Shown here piece by piece: positions 46,068 through 56,468 of a stretch of DNA of 64,000 bases. Below the pieces are notes generated by a model. It worked only from the letters and a program-made list of their open reading frames with translations, was not told the origin of the DNA and made no database searches. Position 1 is the first letter of the stretch. Each line of letters begins with the position of its first letter. The DNA is from Puia sp. (GTDB taxonomy: Bacteria; Bacteroidota; Bacteroidia; Chitinophagales; Chitinophagaceae). The position numbers and the translations under genes were made by a program. The stretch covers positions 3,458-67,457 of the forward strand of contig NZ_DASYCH010000075.1 of NCBI RefSeq assembly GCF_036500295.1. The letters run 5' to 3'.

Positions 46068-46096
46068 AAAAAGGCTTGGTCGCAAGACCAAGCCTT
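46066..46096. terminator. rpsA terminator (bidirectional)
   Basis: AAGGCTTGGTC-GCAA-GACCAAGCCTT with T-run on the minus strand. Confidence 0.85.
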
Positions 46097-46117
46097 ATAT
46101 TTCGCATTCAGCGCTTA

Positions 46118-48034
46118 CTATTTCTTCTCCTCACCACCAACATTCTGATCCTTCTCTTCCTGCTTCAGCTTCTCTTTGATAGAAGCTAAGGCGCCCAGAT
46201 CACCAAGCGTCGGCTTCTCAACCTTCTGCTGGATGTTCTTAACAGCCTTGCGGGTCTTGTCGGCATCAACCCTCGCTTCCTTCTTGACAGCCTCACGCTC
46301 CTGATGCTGGGACTGTTCCCAAAGCCGGGTATGCGACAACACGATCCTCTTCTCATTGCGATCAAACTCGATCACCATGAACGAAGCCGTCTCGTCAGCC
46401 TGCACCTGCTTGCCGTCTTCCTTGTTGAGGTGACGGTTGGGAGCGAAACCTTCCAGACCGTAAGGCAGCTGCACGATAGCACCCTTCTCATCCTTGCGGA
46501 TGACCAGGCCTTCATGCACGGAGCCGACAGCGAAAGTTTCCTCCAGCGCATTCCAGGGATCTTCTTCCAGTTGTTTGTGTCCCAGTTGCAGCTTGCGATT
46601 GTCCTTGTCGATGCCAAGGATCATCACGTCGATATGCTGTCCAACTTTCGTATACTCGGAGGGGTGATTGAAACGTTTCAACCAGCTCAGGTCGCTGATA
46701 TGGATCATACCGCCGATGCCGGGAGCCAGCTCGACAAATACGCCATAAGGAGTGATATTCTTCACCAGACCGTTGTGACGGCTGCCCTGCGGGAATTTCG
46801 TTTCGATCGTATTCCAGGGATCCTCGCTCAGCTGCTTGATGGACAAGCTCATCTTGCGGGCATCCTTGTCAAGCGTAACAACCTTCGCCTGGTGCTCGTC
46901 GCCCAGTTTGAAGAATTCCTTCGCATTGATCGGCGTATTGGCCCAGGTGATCTCACTCACGTGCACCAGACCTTCTACGCCAGGCATGATCTCCAGAAAT
47001 GCACCGTAGTCTTCGATATTGACCACCTTACCCTTAACGATCTCACCTTCCTTGATCGTCTCAGGCAGCACATCCCACGGATGCGGTGTCAGCTGTTTCA
47101 AACCCAGACTGATACGCTTCTTGCCGTCGTCGAAGTCCAGAACCACCACTTGCAGCTTCTGGTCCAGCTTCAGCACCTCGCTCGGATGGCTGATACGTCC
47201 CCAGCTGATATCGGTGATATACAGCAGACCGTCCAGACCACCGAGGTCCATAAAGGCGCCGAAATCGGTGATATTCTTGATCGTACCTTCCAACACCTGG
47301 CCTTTCTCGAGCTTGCTGATAATCTCGGCACGTTGTGCTTCGATATCGCTTTCGATAAGCGCCTTGTGGGAAACTACGGCATTCTTGATGGCTTCGTTGA
47401 TCTTCACGACCTTGAACTCCATCGTCTTGCCCACGAACTGATCATAATCGGTAACCGGCTTCACGTCGATCTGGCTACCAGGTAAGAAGGTTTCCATACC
47501 AAATACATCGACGATAAGGCCACCCTTGGTCTTGCTGGTAACGGTACCCGTAACCACTTCGCCGGTCTTGTGCACTTCCACGATCTTCTCCCAGGCGCGC
47601 GTAATACGTGCCTGCTTGCGGCTGAGGTGCAGATGACCTTCCCGGTCTTCCTTCTCAACCACCATTACTTCTACTTCATCACCGGTCCGCAGATTGGCGA
47701 GGTCCCGGAACTCATTCAGGGATACAAGCCCATCGCTCTTGAAACCGATGTTCACTACCACGTCGGTCTTGGTCAGACCTACTACAAGGCCTTTTACCAG
47801 TTCCCCATCCGTGATAGCCACGAACGTACCCTCATACACCTTGTCATACTTCAATTTTTCTTCCTTGGTGTAGACGGCCACATTGCGCTTGTCAATGCTC
47901 CAGTCAAAATCATCATGTGCAGTTTGCACAGGCACAGGTGCTTTTGTTGACGCTGTAGCCTCCGGTGCAGCCGTTGCTACTCCCGCAGTCTCCTGTGATT
48001 CAGCGTTTGAGTTAACAATATTGTTTTCAGACAT
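46118..48034 (-). CDS. rpsA: 30S ribosomal protein S1
   Basis: Six S1 repeats, Bacteroidota DDFDWS N-terminal motif; start at MSENN. Confidence 0.97.
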   Translation of the reverse strand: MSENNIVNSNAESQETAGVATAAPEATASTKAPVPVQTAHDDFDWSIDKRNVAVYTKEEKLKYDKVYEGTFVAITDGELVKGLVVGLTKTDVVVNIGFKSDGLVSLNEFRDLANLRTGDEVEVMVVEKEDREGHLHLSRKQARITRAWEKIVEVHKTGEVVTGTVTSKTKGGLIVDVFGMETFLPGSQIDVKPVTDYDQFVGKTMEFKVVKINEAIKNAVVSHKALIESDIEAQRAEIISKLEKGQVLEGTIKNITDFGAFMDLGGLDGLLYITDISWGRISHPSEVLKLDQKLQVVVLDFDDGKKRISLGLKQLTPHPWDVLPETIKEGEIVKGKVVNIEDYGAFLEIMPGVEGLVHVSEITWANTPINAKEFFKLGDEHQAKVVTLDKDARKMSLSIKQLSEDPWNTIETKFPQGSRHNGLVKNITPYGVFVELAPGIGGMIHISDLSWLKRFNHPSEYTKVGQHIDVMILGIDKDNRKLQLGHKQLEEDPWNALEETFAVGSVHEGLVIRKDEKGAIVQLPYGLEGFAPNRHLNKEDGKQVQADETASFMVIEFDRNEKRIVLSHTRLWEQSQHQEREAVKKEARVDADKTRKAVKNIQQKVEKPTLGDLGALASIKEKLKQEEKDQNVGGEEKK

Positions 48035-48064
48035 AATAAAACCCCGGGTTTTTGATCGGGGTTG

Positions 48065-48072
48065 CAAAGATA
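48065..48072 (-). promoter_or_regulatory. rpsA promoter -7 element
   Basis: TATCTTTG on the minus strand about 30 nt before ATG. Confidence 0.7.
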
Positions 48073-48109
48073 CGAAAAATCACGAAATTTCTACCTGGCG
48101 GGCACCCTT

Positions 48110-49420
48110 TCATCCACCCTTCTCCGCCACCCCACCGCAGGCCGCCGCCCCGCCGCAGGCTGCCGCAACACTCGCCGCAGCTACCCATCCGCTTGTCCAG
48201 GCATGCTGGAAATTGAACCCGCCCGTCACCCCATCCACATCCAGGATCTCCCCCGCAAAGAAAAGCCCCGCCACCTTCCGGCTCTGCATACTTGCCGAAT
48301 CCACCTCCGCCAACCGGACCCCGCCGGCCGTCACAAACTCTTCCTTGAACGTCGTTTTCCCCCGCACGGCAAAGCTCCCCGCACAAAGCAGAGTGACCAG
48401 CTTGTTCTGCTCCCGGGCCGGCAGGTCGGCCCAGCGAACCCCGGCCCCGATCCCCGCCACCCCGAGCCAATATTCCCAAAGCCGCTGCGCAACTCCAAAA
48501 GGATTCCGGTTGACAACAGCTTGCCCCGCCCGCTCCTGCCGCTGATCCTGCATCACGTCCCGCGCCTCCTGCTCCGGCATATCGATCCAATTTACTTGAA
48601 TACCAAAAGAGTACGCCCGTTCCGCAAGCTCCCTCGCACCCCAGGCCGACAATCTCAGCACCGCCGGGCCGCTAAGCCCCCAATGCGTGATCAGCACCGG
48701 CCCCTTTTCCACCAGCTTCGTCCCGGCGACCTTCACCTGCACCCGCGGCATCGATACGCCCATCAACCCCACAATCGGATCTCCCGGCATATTGAACGTG
48801 AAAAGGGACGGTACCGGTTCCTCGATCGAATGCCCAAGCGCCCGGACCCAGTCAAACATTCCCGATTTGGGATATCCCCCGCAAGCGATACACACAAAGT
48901 CAGCCGGCAACACCCGGCCATCCGCCAGCCCGATCCGAAACCGCTCTGCCGCATCCACGTCACCCCCGCCCCCTATTGCCCCATCTCCGCCCCCCACCAT
49001 CTCGATCCTCTTCACCTCCGCCTGCATCCTGATCTCCACGCCATAGGCATTTACCTCCCGCATCAAACAGTCGATAATGGTCTGCGACGTATCCGTCACC
49101 GGAAACATCCGCCCATCTTCCTCCTTCTTCAATTCCACCCCTCTCTGCCGAAACCACTCGATCGTATCCGTCGTAAACCAGCGATGAAAAGCCTTGCGGA
49201 CAAAATGCTGCCCCCGCGGATACCGGCCGGCCATCGCGGCAATCTCAAAGCAGGCATGCGTCACATTGCACCGCCCGCCCCCGCTGACCTTGACCTTGCC
49301 GAGCAGCTTGCCACTCTTCTCAAGCACGGTCACACGCAGCCCCGGACTCATCCGCGCCGCATTCACCGCGCAAAAGATCCCCGCGGCCCCGCCGCCAATA
49401 ACGATCAATTGTTTACTCAT
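48110..49420 (-). CDS. NAD(P)/FAD-dependent oxidoreductase, HI0933/BaiN family
   Basis: GGGAAG, KVKVSGGGRCNVTH, VTAGGV, GEILDVDGVTGGFNFQHAW. Confidence 0.92.
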   Translation of the reverse strand: MSKQLIVIGGGAAGIFCAVNAARMSPGLRVTVLEKSGKLLGKVKVSGGGRCNVTHACFEIAAMAGRYPRGQHFVRKAFHRWFTTDTIEWFRQRGVELKKEEDGRMFPVTDTSQTIIDCLMREVNAYGVEIRMQAEVKRIEMVGGGDGAIGGGGDVDAAERFRIGLADGRVLPADFVCIACGGYPKSGMFDWVRALGHSIEEPVPSLFTFNMPGDPIVGLMGVSMPRVQVKVAGTKLVEKGPVLITHWGLSGPAVLRLSAWGARELAERAYSFGIQVNWIDMPEQEARDVMQDQRQERAGQAVVNRNPFGVAQRLWEYWLGVAGIGAGVRWADLPAREQNKLVTLLCAGSFAVRGKTTFKEEFVTAGGVRLAEVDSASMQSRKVAGLFFAGEILDVDGVTGGFNFQHAWTSGWVAAASVAAACGGAAACGGVAEKGG

Positions 49421-49445
49421 AAAAAAAGCCCCTCGGGAGAGGGGC
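49421..49445 (-). terminator. Terminator of the ribosomal operon/map transcript
   Basis: GCCCCTC-TCCC-GAGGGGC-TTTTTTT directly followed by the next ATG. Confidence 0.8.
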
Positions 49446-49455
49446 GCCGGTATCT

Positions 49456-50274
49456 TTAAGACGGCAGCGCAGCTGCCTGTCCAGTAAATAGATGATTATT
49501 CGCCTTCTCCGCAGCCTCGATAATACTATAATCCGAAAGGATATCCGCCTTCCCCTTCTTCACCGCCACATCATGCTCAAAATGCACCGAAGGCTGATGA
49601 TCCACCGTCCGCACCGTCCACCCATCACTCTCCGTATAAACGTCCCGCTTCCCCTGGTTGATCATCGGCTCGATCGCCAACACCATCCCCTCTTTTAGCT
49701 TCGCCCCCGTACCCCGGCGGCCATAGTTCGGGATCTGCGGGTCCTCATGAAGACTCTTCCCCAATCCATGCCCCACCAGCTCCCGGACCACCCCATAGCC
49801 ATATTTCCTCGCCGTATGCTCCTCTATCGCATAGGAGATATCTCCTACCCTGCCGCCCGCAATGGCCTTCTCGATCCCCTTGTACAGGGATTCCTTGGTC
49901 ACCTGGATCAGTTGCGTCACCTCCGGCCCCGGATCACCGATCGCAAAAGTATAGGCATGATCCCCATGATACCCCTTCTTGATCACCCCGATATCCACCG
50001 AAATGATATCCCCTTCCTTCAGCGCCTGCCCATTGGGAAACCCATGCACCACGACATCATTCACCGAAGTACAGGAGTTAAACGGATAACCCCGGTAATT
50101 GAGGAACGAAGGAATGGCCCCATGATCGCGGATAAACTCCCCGATCAGCTTGTCCAGTTCCAACGTCGTCGTCCCTGGCTTCAGGGTCTTAGCTACTTCA
50201 GTAAGCGTCTTGCTGACCAGCAGCGCGCTGTCGCGCATCAACTCTATCTCCGCCGGTGTCTTATAGTGTATCAT
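49456..50274 (-). CDS. map: Type I methionine aminopeptidase
   Basis: SVNDVVVHG, DIGV...GDHA, GHGLG, AIEPM, HFEH; start at MIHYK. Confidence 0.95.
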   Translation of the reverse strand: MIHYKTPAEIELMRDSALLVSKTLTEVAKTLKPGTTTLELDKLIGEFIRDHGAIPSFLNYRGYPFNSCTSVNDVVVHGFPNGQALKEGDIISVDIGVIKKGYHGDHAYTFAIGDPGPEVTQLIQVTKESLYKGIEKAIAGGRVGDISYAIEEHTARKYGYGVVRELVGHGLGKSLHEDPQIPNYGRRGTGAKLKEGMVLAIEPMINQGKRDVYTESDGWTVRTVDHQPSVHFEHDVAVKKGKADILSDYSIIEAAEKANNHLFTGQAAALPS

Positions 50275-50284
50275 ACTTGTAAAA

Positions 50285-50371
50285 TTGCGCGAATAGGTCT
50301 GCAAGCCAAATTAGCCCTATTCGCGCAAAAGGCTAACGTCTGACCTTCGGTCGAGCCGCTTCCAGCGGCTC
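50285..50371 (-). repeat. Three-hairpin intergenic element, copy F (diverged subfamily)
   Basis: GAGCCGCT-GGA-AGCGGCTC, GACC-GAA-GGTC, spacer AGACGTTAG, 13-bp stem TTGCGCGAATAGG/CCTATTCGCGCAA; same geometry and length as copies A-E. Confidence 0.7.
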
Positions 50372-50487
50372 TTATAAAAAGACCTGTCAGGAGGTCTAAT
50401 TCCTAACAGGTCACTATAGTAAAAAGTTTATTCGCTCTTTCTTACGATCCCGCGGTTCTGTTCCGGCGATCCTCGCCGGCCCAAACC

Positions 50488-51822
50488 CTAGATCACCGCA
50501 TTCGAAACCGAATTCGCGCGCCCCTGGATCCTTCCACTCTTCATCAACCCGTCATACTGACGCATCAGCAGCTGGGTCTCTACCTGCTGGAGGCTATCCA
50601 GGATAACACCCACCATGATCAACAGCGACGTGCCGCCAAAGAAAGAGGCAAACCCCTGCGTGACCCCCAGTCGTTGCGCAAATCCGGGCAGGATACCCAC
50701 GATAGCCAGCAAAAAGGCGCCGGGCAACGTGATCTTATCCATCACCGAACCGATATAGTCGGCCGTCGGCTGACCCGGCTTTACACCCGGGATGAAACCG
50801 TTGTTCCGCTTCAGATCGTCGGCAATCTGCTTGGGATTAAATATCAGCGCCGTATACAGGAAAGTAAACCCGATAACGATCACGCCGTAAATAACCATAT
50901 GGATATAGTCGCGCGGATCGGAGAACAGTCTCGCGATCCCCTTCGTGGAATCAAAGCTGGCAAAGATAGTCGGCAGGAACATGATCGCCTGCGCAAAGAT
51001 GATCGGCATTACACCCGAAGAGTTGACCTTCAAAGGCAGGAACTGCCGCGCGCCACCAAACTGGCGGCTGCCGACGATTTGCTTGGCATAGTTGACCGGC
51101 ACCTTGCGAACGCCCTGGATCAGGACGATAAGCCCCATGATGATGGCCACCAGAACGGCTATCTCGATGACAAAAACAAGGATACCACCGCTGCCGGTAG
51201 CGACCTTGGCATTCCACTCCTGCACGAAGCTGCGGGGAAGCCGGGCAAGGATACCGATCATGATGATCAGCGACTGCCCGTTGCCAAGTCCTTTATCCGT
51301 GATCTTCTCACCCAGCCACATGACAAACAGCGTACCCGCGGTCAGCACAATCGGCGTCACCAGCCAGAAATAAGCGCTGAACGAGTCGAGGATCGCATCC
51401 TTGCCAAGTCCTTTCAGATAAGTTACATAAGCATAAGCCTGAACAAAGGTGACGATCACCGTCAGATAACGCGTGTATTGGTTGATCTTCTTCTGACCGC
51501 TGGCCCCTTCCTTCTGGATCTTCTGCATCTGCGGGATCAGGATCGTCATCAGCTGCATAAAGATCGAAGCGGAGATATAAGGCATGATACCCAACGCCAG
51601 GATCGAAGCCTGGGAGAAGGCGCCGCCGGAAAACGCATCGATCAGTCCAAGGGCTCCGCTCTGAGCTCCGCTCAACGCGCTAAGCTTATTCGGATCGATC
51701 CCGGGCAATACGATAAACGTTCCAAGCCGGTAAACGAAGATCAGGCCGAAAGTCACGAGGATCTTACTTCTCAGATCCTCGATGCTCCAGATATTTCTAA
51801 GTGTCTGTACTAATTTCTTCAC
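50488..51822 (-). CDS. secY: Preprotein translocase subunit SecY
   Basis: ALGIMPYISASI, WLGEKIT..GLGNG.S, GFIPGVKPG, GGTSLLIMVGV; GTG start. Confidence 0.98.
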   Translation of the reverse strand: MKKLVQTLRNIWSIEDLRSKILVTFGLIFVYRLGTFIVLPGIDPNKLSALSGAQSGALGLIDAFSGGAFSQASILALGIMPYISASIFMQLMTILIPQMQKIQKEGASGQKKINQYTRYLTVIVTFVQAYAYVTYLKGLGKDAILDSFSAYFWLVTPIVLTAGTLFVMWLGEKITDKGLGNGQSLIIMIGILARLPRSFVQEWNAKVATGSGGILVFVIEIAVLVAIIMGLIVLIQGVRKVPVNYAKQIVGSRQFGGARQFLPLKVNSSGVMPIIFAQAIMFLPTIFASFDSTKGIARLFSDPRDYIHMVIYGVIVIGFTFLYTALIFNPKQIADDLKRNNGFIPGVKPGQPTADYIGSVMDKITLPGAFLLAIVGILPGFAQRLGVTQGFASFFGGTSLLIMVGVILDSLQQVETQLLMRQYDGLMKSGRIQGRANSVSNAVI

Positions 51823-51847
51823 GGATCAATGCAATTAATAGATAAGC

Positions 51848-51880
51848 AAAAAGACAAAGGACGCACTCAAAGATGCGTCC
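51848..51880 (-). terminator. Terminator/attenuator-like hairpin between rplO and secY
   Basis: GGACGCA-TCTTTGAG-TGCGTCC followed by TTTGTCTTTTT on the minus strand. Confidence 0.5.
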
Positions 51881-51898
51881 ATGCAAGTTACAGAAAAT

Positions 51899-52348
51899 TT
51901 ATTTCAGAATTTCTATTGTTCCGCCCGCCCCTTCAATAGCGGTTTTTGCCTTCTCGCTGACGGCGTGCACCCGGAAACTGAACTTACCCTTCAGTTCGCC
52001 GTTGGCCAATATCTTCACGACATCGCTTTGGCTAATTAATCCGTTGATATACAGATTCTCAGGCGAAAACTCAGTGATATTGTACTTTTCCGCCAGATGA
52101 TCGATCTGACCCAGGTTGAAAACCTTGAACTCCACCCGGTGGATATTGTTGAACCCACGCTTGGGGATCCTTCTCTGGATCGGCATCTGACCACCTTCGT
52201 GAGCCATCTTGCGCTGATAACCGGCACGGCTCTGGCCACCCTTATTACCCTTGGTGGAAGTACCACCCTTACCGGATGCTTCCCCACGGCCCAAACGCTT
52301 TTGTTTATGTGTTGCGCCTTCTGCAGGCTTGATCGTGTGTAAATTCAT
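51899..52348 (-). CDS. rplO: 50S ribosomal protein L15
   Basis: RLGRGEASGKGGTSTKGNKG, EGGQMPIQRRIPKRGF. Confidence 0.98.
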   Translation of the reverse strand: MNLHTIKPAEGATHKQKRLGRGEASGKGGTSTKGNKGGQSRAGYQRKMAHEGGQMPIQRRIPKRGFNNIHRVEFKVFNLGQIDHLAEKYNITEFSPENLYINGLISQSDVVKILANGELKGKFSFRVHAVSEKAKTAIEGAGGTIEILK

Positions 52349-52413
52349 TGTTTTTGATTTTGACTTACGGGGAATCGCCCCTCGCGAGCAGGCCCTTCAG
52401 GGCCCGCAAAAAA

Positions 52414-52596
52414 CTATTTTACCTCTTCCACTTTAACCAGGTGATCCACCTTACGGACCATACCCAGGATCTGCGGAGTCGCTTCCACTTCCTTCGTAGC
52501 GTGAAGCTTGTTCAGCCCGAGAGCCTTCAGCGTCTGCTTTTGACGTTCAGGCCGGTCGATGCCGCTCTTTACTTGCGTGATCTTGATCTTTGCCAT
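52414..52596 (-). CDS. rpmD: 50S ribosomal protein L30
   Basis: KITQVKSGI...TLKALGL...GMVRKV. Confidence 0.97.
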   Translation of the reverse strand: MAKIKITQVKSGIDRPERQKQTLKALGLNKLHATKEVEATPQILGMVRKVDHLVKVEEVK

Positions 52597-52649
52597 AACT
52601 TATTTTTTGGACTCTCCCCCGCAGGCTTTCGCCCGCGGCGCGTGTCAAT

Positions 52650-53168
52650 TTATCCGTTAAAAACTTTCTTTAATGAGAGATGACGCGTGCGGGAAACCTG
52701 GATCGGCTCACGCAGCATAGCCAACGCCTTGACCGTAGCCTTTACCACGTTATGCGGATTGGCAGAACCCAGCGACTTCGCCAGAACGTCGGTTACCCCG
52801 GCGCTTTCCAGAACGGCGCGCATAGAGCCCCCGGCGATCACACCCGTACCGTGAGCAGCAGGCTTGATCAACACCTTCGCAGCACCTTCCTTGGCCAGCT
52901 GGTCGTGCGGGATCGTCCCATGCATCACCGGAACTTTGATCAGGTTCTTCTTGGCATCCTCGATCCCCTTGGTGATCGCTTCCTGTACCTCTTTTGCCTT
53001 GCCCAGACCGTGACCGACAACCCCGTTCTCATTGCCCACTACAACCAATGCAGAGAAGCTGAATGCCCGGCCGCCTTTTGTCGTTTTTACAACACGATTG
53101 ATCGCAACCACCTTCTCCTTCAGTTCCAGGTCACCGGCTTTAACTCTGTTTAAGATTACTTTTGACAT
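52650..53168 (-). CDS. rpsE: 30S ribosomal protein S5
   Basis: [23 protein letters not shown]. Confidence 0.98.
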   Translation of the reverse strand: MSKVILNRVKAGDLELKEKVVAINRVVKTTKGGRAFSFSALVVVGNENGVVGHGLGKAKEVQEAITKGIEDAKKNLIKVPVMHGTIPHDQLAKEGAAKVLIKPAAHGTGVIAGGSMRAVLESAGVTDVLAKSLGSANPHNVVKATVKALAMLREPIQVSRTRHLSLKKVFNG

Positions 53169-53198
53169 TGTAATTATTTACGAAGCTTATTATAAATA

Positions 53199-53552
53199 TT
53201 AAAAGTTCAGTCCACCTTCACGGGCGCCATCGGCAACAGCCTTTACCCGGCCGTGGTACAGATAACCGCCGCGATCGAAAACCACATCCTTCAGCCCCAG
53301 CTCGACAGCCTTCCGGGCGATCGCACTGCCAACCATCTTACCCTTCTCAGACTTCGTACCCTTCTGGGCAGCAATGTCCTTGTCGCGGGAAGAGGCGGAT
53401 GCCAGCGTCTTGGCGCCATCATCGTCAATCAGCTGAACATAGATGTCGTTGTTGCTCCTGAACACAGACAGCCGGGGACGCTGAGCCGATCCTGCAATCT
53501 TCTTGCGAACGCGGAACTTGATTTTCTCTCTTCTGAGTGCTTTCGTATCCAT
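53199..53552 (-). CDS. rplR: 50S ribosomal protein L18
   Basis: [23 protein letters not shown]. Confidence 0.98.
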   Translation of the reverse strand: MDTKALRREKIKFRVRKKIAGSAQRPRLSVFRSNNDIYVQLIDDDGAKTLASASSRDKDIAAQKGTKSEKGKMVGSAIARKAVELGLKDVVFDRGGYLYHGRVKAVADGAREGGLNF

Positions 53553-53600
53553 GATATTCTATTTACTCCCCTGATTCCAGCCAGGAGACAGTGTTTAAAA

Positions 53601-54155
53601 TTATTTACCAGCAGCCTTACCAGCTTTCTTCCGTACCACTTCACCCACATAACGGACACCTTTACCCTTGTACGGCTCGGGCTTACGCAGACTGCGGATC
53701 TTTGCGGCAACCGCTCCGATCAACTGCTTGTCGGTCCCTTCCAGCGTGATCTTGGGATTCTCCCCTTTATTCTGCTCGGTTTGCAGCTTCAGCTCCTTGG
53801 GAATTTCGAAGATGATATTGTGCGAGTAGCCCAGCGCCAGGTCCAGGAGATTGCCCTGGTTGGATGCCTTGAAACCTACCCCGATCAATTCCAGTTGTCT
53901 TTTGTAGCCATCCGTTACACCCTTCACCATGTTGGAAGCCAGTGCGCGATACAGACCATGCAGCGCACGGTGACGGATCTGATCCGTAGGCCGGACGATC
54001 TCCAGATGACCTTCCTTTATTTCAACCTTGATATCGCGGTCGATGCTCTGCTTCAGTTCACCCTTCGGGCCCTTTATAGTCATCACATTCTCAGCGCTAA
54101 CGGTCACTGTCACACCCTTGGGAAGAACGACCGGCTGTTTACCTATACGAGACAT
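53601..54155 (-). CDS. rplF: 50S ribosomal protein L6
   Basis: MSRIGKQP, RKPEPYKGKGVRY. Confidence 0.98.
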   Translation of the reverse strand: MSRIGKQPVVLPKGVTVTVSAENVMTIKGPKGELKQSIDRDIKVEIKEGHLEIVRPTDQIRHRALHGLYRALASNMVKGVTDGYKRQLELIGVGFKASNQGNLLDLALGYSHNIIFEIPKELKLQTEQNKGENPKITLEGTDKQLIGAVAAKIRSLRKPEPYKGKGVRYVGEVVRKKAGKAAGK

Positions 54156-54256
54156 AATAATTCGATTTGTTTATTAAGATATATTGTTTCGTGTTGCCGG
54201 CCGGTCAGCCAGTATAGGTACGGGCTTAATGTACCGGCAACGCCTCTTCAGAACAA

Positions 54257-54655
54257 CTAATAGATGTAGCAAAGCACCTCGCCGCCTACATTCTGCAGCT
54301 TGGCTTCCTTGTCCGTCATCACACCCTTCGAGGTCGAGATGATCGCTACCCCAAGACCATTCTTCACCCGGACAAACTCGGCTGGGCTCGCATACTGGCG
54401 AAGACCCGGACGGCTAACCCTTTCAAGCGACTTGATCGCAGGTTCCTTGGTGGTCGGATCATACTTCAACGCGATCTTGATCACGCCTTGCTTGCTGTCA
54501 TCCTCGAACTTGTATTTAAGGATATAACCCTTGTCATACAGGATCTCGGTCATACGCTTCTTCAGGTTGGAAGCAGGGATCTCGACGATCCGGTGATTCG
54601 CCATTTGCGCATTACGGACTCTTGTCAGAAAGTCTGCTATTGGATCAGTAACCAT
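54257..54655 (-). CDS. rpsH: 30S ribosomal protein S8
   Basis: DPIADFLTRVRNA, VSRPGLRQY, STSKGVMTD. Confidence 0.98.
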   Translation of the reverse strand: MVTDPIADFLTRVRNAQMANHRIVEIPASNLKKRMTEILYDKGYILKYKFEDDSKQGVIKIALKYDPTTKEPAIKSLERVSRPGLRQYASPAEFVRVKNGLGVAIISTSKGVMTDKEAKLQNVGGEVLCYIY

Positions 54656-54750
54656 TGTCTATGTTCAGTTATAGATTATCAAAAATTATTACAATGCGAT
54701 ATCCAATGATATCATTCTCTTCGGCCCCCGTTTCCGGAGGATTCCCGCTC

Positions 54751-55020
54751 CTACCAGGACGCTTTCCTGACACCCGGGATCTTTCCCTGCAGAGCCATGT
54801 CGCGGAAGATCACCCTGGAGATCCCGAAATAACGGATATATCCCCGGGGGCGGCCTGTCAGGTGACAACGGTTATGCAATCTAACGGGAGACGCATTCCG
54901 GGGCAATTGATCAAGTGCCTTGTAATCGCCGGCGGCCTTTAAAGCGGCACGTTTCTCAGCATACTTAGCCGACAACGCTTCCCTTTTTCTCTGCCTCGCC
55001 TTTACGGACTCTTTAGCCAT
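54751..55020 (-). CDS. rpsN: 30S ribosomal protein S14 (89-aa, non-zinc type)
   Basis: [30 protein letters not shown]; lacks the CxxC pairs. Confidence 0.97.
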   Translation of the reverse strand: MAKESVKARQRKREALSAKYAEKRAALKAAGDYKALDQLPRNASPVRLHNRCHLTGRPRGYIRYFGISRVIFRDMALQGKIPGVRKASW

Positions 55021-55034
55021 GTTATATTCTTTTG

Positions 55035-55123
55035 CGTGCGCAGGGGAGGGTTTCTCCGAAAATAACCCATCCCCCGCGCACGGTCTTATGATGGGCCTTC
55101 GGCCAGCGGACCAGTGGTCCGCT
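55035..55123 (-). repeat. Three-hairpin intergenic element, copy B (rplE-rpsN)
   Basis: AGCGGACC-ACT-GGTCCGCT, GGCC-GAA-GGCC, CATCATAAGAC, long hairpin. Confidence 0.9.
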
Positions 55124-55126
55124 TTG

Positions 55127-55696
55127 TTAGTCTTTCTTTACGTTACGGAAAGGCATGCCCAGCTCTTTCAGCAGCTCGTAAGCCTCTTCGTTGGTCCCGG
55201 CAGTCGTCACGAACGTGATGTCCATACCGGTGATCTTATTTACCTTGTCGATGTCGATCTCCGGGAAGATGATCTGCTCGGTGATACCCAGCGTATAGTT
55301 GCCGCGTCCGTCGAACGACTTCTCGTTGATACCCTTGAAGTCACGAACACGGGGCAATGCCGTAGCCACCAGCCGGTCCAGGAATTCGAACATCTTCTCG
55401 CCGCGAAGCGTAACCCGTGCACCGATCGGCATGTTCTTACGCAACTTGAAGTTCGAGATGTCCTTCTTGGATTGCGTCGTCACCGCTTTCTGACCGGTGA
55501 TGGTCGACAGCTCTTCCACAGCTACCTCGACAAGCTTCTTGTCGGTAACAGCGCCATTGACGCCACGGTTGATACAGATCTTCTCGAGTTTCGGCGCCTG
55601 CATGATCGTGCTGTAGCCGAACTTCTTCATAAGAGCAGGTACAACTTCTTTCTTGTACTTTTCTGCCAGACGCGGAGTGTATTTTGCAGTACTCAT
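55127..55696 (-). CDS. rplE: 50S ribosomal protein L5
   Basis: [36 protein letters not shown]. Confidence 0.98.
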   Translation of the reverse strand: MSTAKYTPRLAEKYKKEVVPALMKKFGYSTIMQAPKLEKICINRGVNGAVTDKKLVEVAVEELSTITGQKAVTTQSKKDISNFKLRKNMPIGARVTLRGEKMFEFLDRLVATALPRVRDFKGINEKSFDGRGNYTLGITEQIIFPEIDIDKVNKITGMDITFVTTAGTNEEAYELLKELGMPFRNVKKD

Positions 55697-56031
55697 TTGA
55701 TAACCTCCCCAGATTTTTTAGCGATTCGAACTAATTTCCCGTCCTCCCTGCTGCGCTTCACCTTGGTGGCGCCGCCGGACTTCGCATCATACAACTGAAT
55801 GTTGGAGATGTGAATGGGAGCTTCCTTCTTCACGATGCCACCCTTGGTGTTCTGTGCCGAAGGCTTGGTGTGCTTGGTCACGATATTCACCCCCTCGACC
55901 AATACCTTGGCCGCGTCGGGATAAACCTCCAGGACCTTCCGGGCCTTCTTCGGGTCCTTGTCGTCACCGGTGATCACAACCACGTTATCACCTTTTTTAA
56001 TATTGAACTTGGGTTTAAATCTGTTGCTCAT
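55693..56031 (-). CDS. rplX: 50S ribosomal protein L24
   Basis: [23 protein letters not shown]. Confidence 0.98.
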   Translation of the reverse strand: MSNRFKPKFNIKKGDNVVVITGDDKDPKKARKVLEVYPDAAKVLVEGVNIVTKHTKPSAQNTKGGIVKKEAPIHISNIQLYDAKSGGATKVKRSREDGKLVRIAKKSGEVIK

Positions 56032-56083
56032 TTTATTATATTTTTCCCCGCTGCGGCGGAGCGTTCAATTCCTTGGTTTCCTC

Positions 56084-56452
56084 CTACAGCACCTCCGGCG
56101 CAAGAGAGATGATCTTCATATATCCCTTGTCACGCAGTTCCCTGGCGACAGGCCCGAAGATGCGGGTACCACGGGGCTCGTCGGATGCATTCAGCAATAC
56201 CACCGCATTGTCGTCAAAGCTGATATAGCTGCCATCTTTACGGCGTAATTTCTTCTTGGTGCGAACGATAACCGCCTTGGCAACGGTACCCTTCTTGATA
56301 CCGCCGGACGGCAGCGCATCCTTAACGGTAACTACGATCTTGTCGCCGATACCCGCATAGTCCTGCCCGCTGTTGCCCAATACGCGGATGCACAGAACCT
56401 CTTTGGCGCCGCTGTTGTCAGCCACATTTAGTCTGCTTTCTTGCTGAATCAT
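56084..56452 (-). CDS. rplN: 50S ribosomal protein L14
   Basis: [32 protein letters not shown]. Confidence 0.98.
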   Translation of the reverse strand: MIQQESRLNVADNSGAKEVLCIRVLGNSGQDYAGIGDKIVVTVKDALPSGGIKKGTVAKAVIVRTKKKLRRKDGSYISFDDNAVVLLNASDEPRGTRIFGPVARELRDKGYMKIISLAPEVL

Positions 56453-56468
56453 TTTATTTAGCTTTTAT

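Noticed and set aside
54751-55020. Zinc-independent S14 as a zinc-starvation paralog
   Set aside because: It occupies the normal spc-operon position, and the 89-aa Cys-poor form is the usual Bacteroidota S14.
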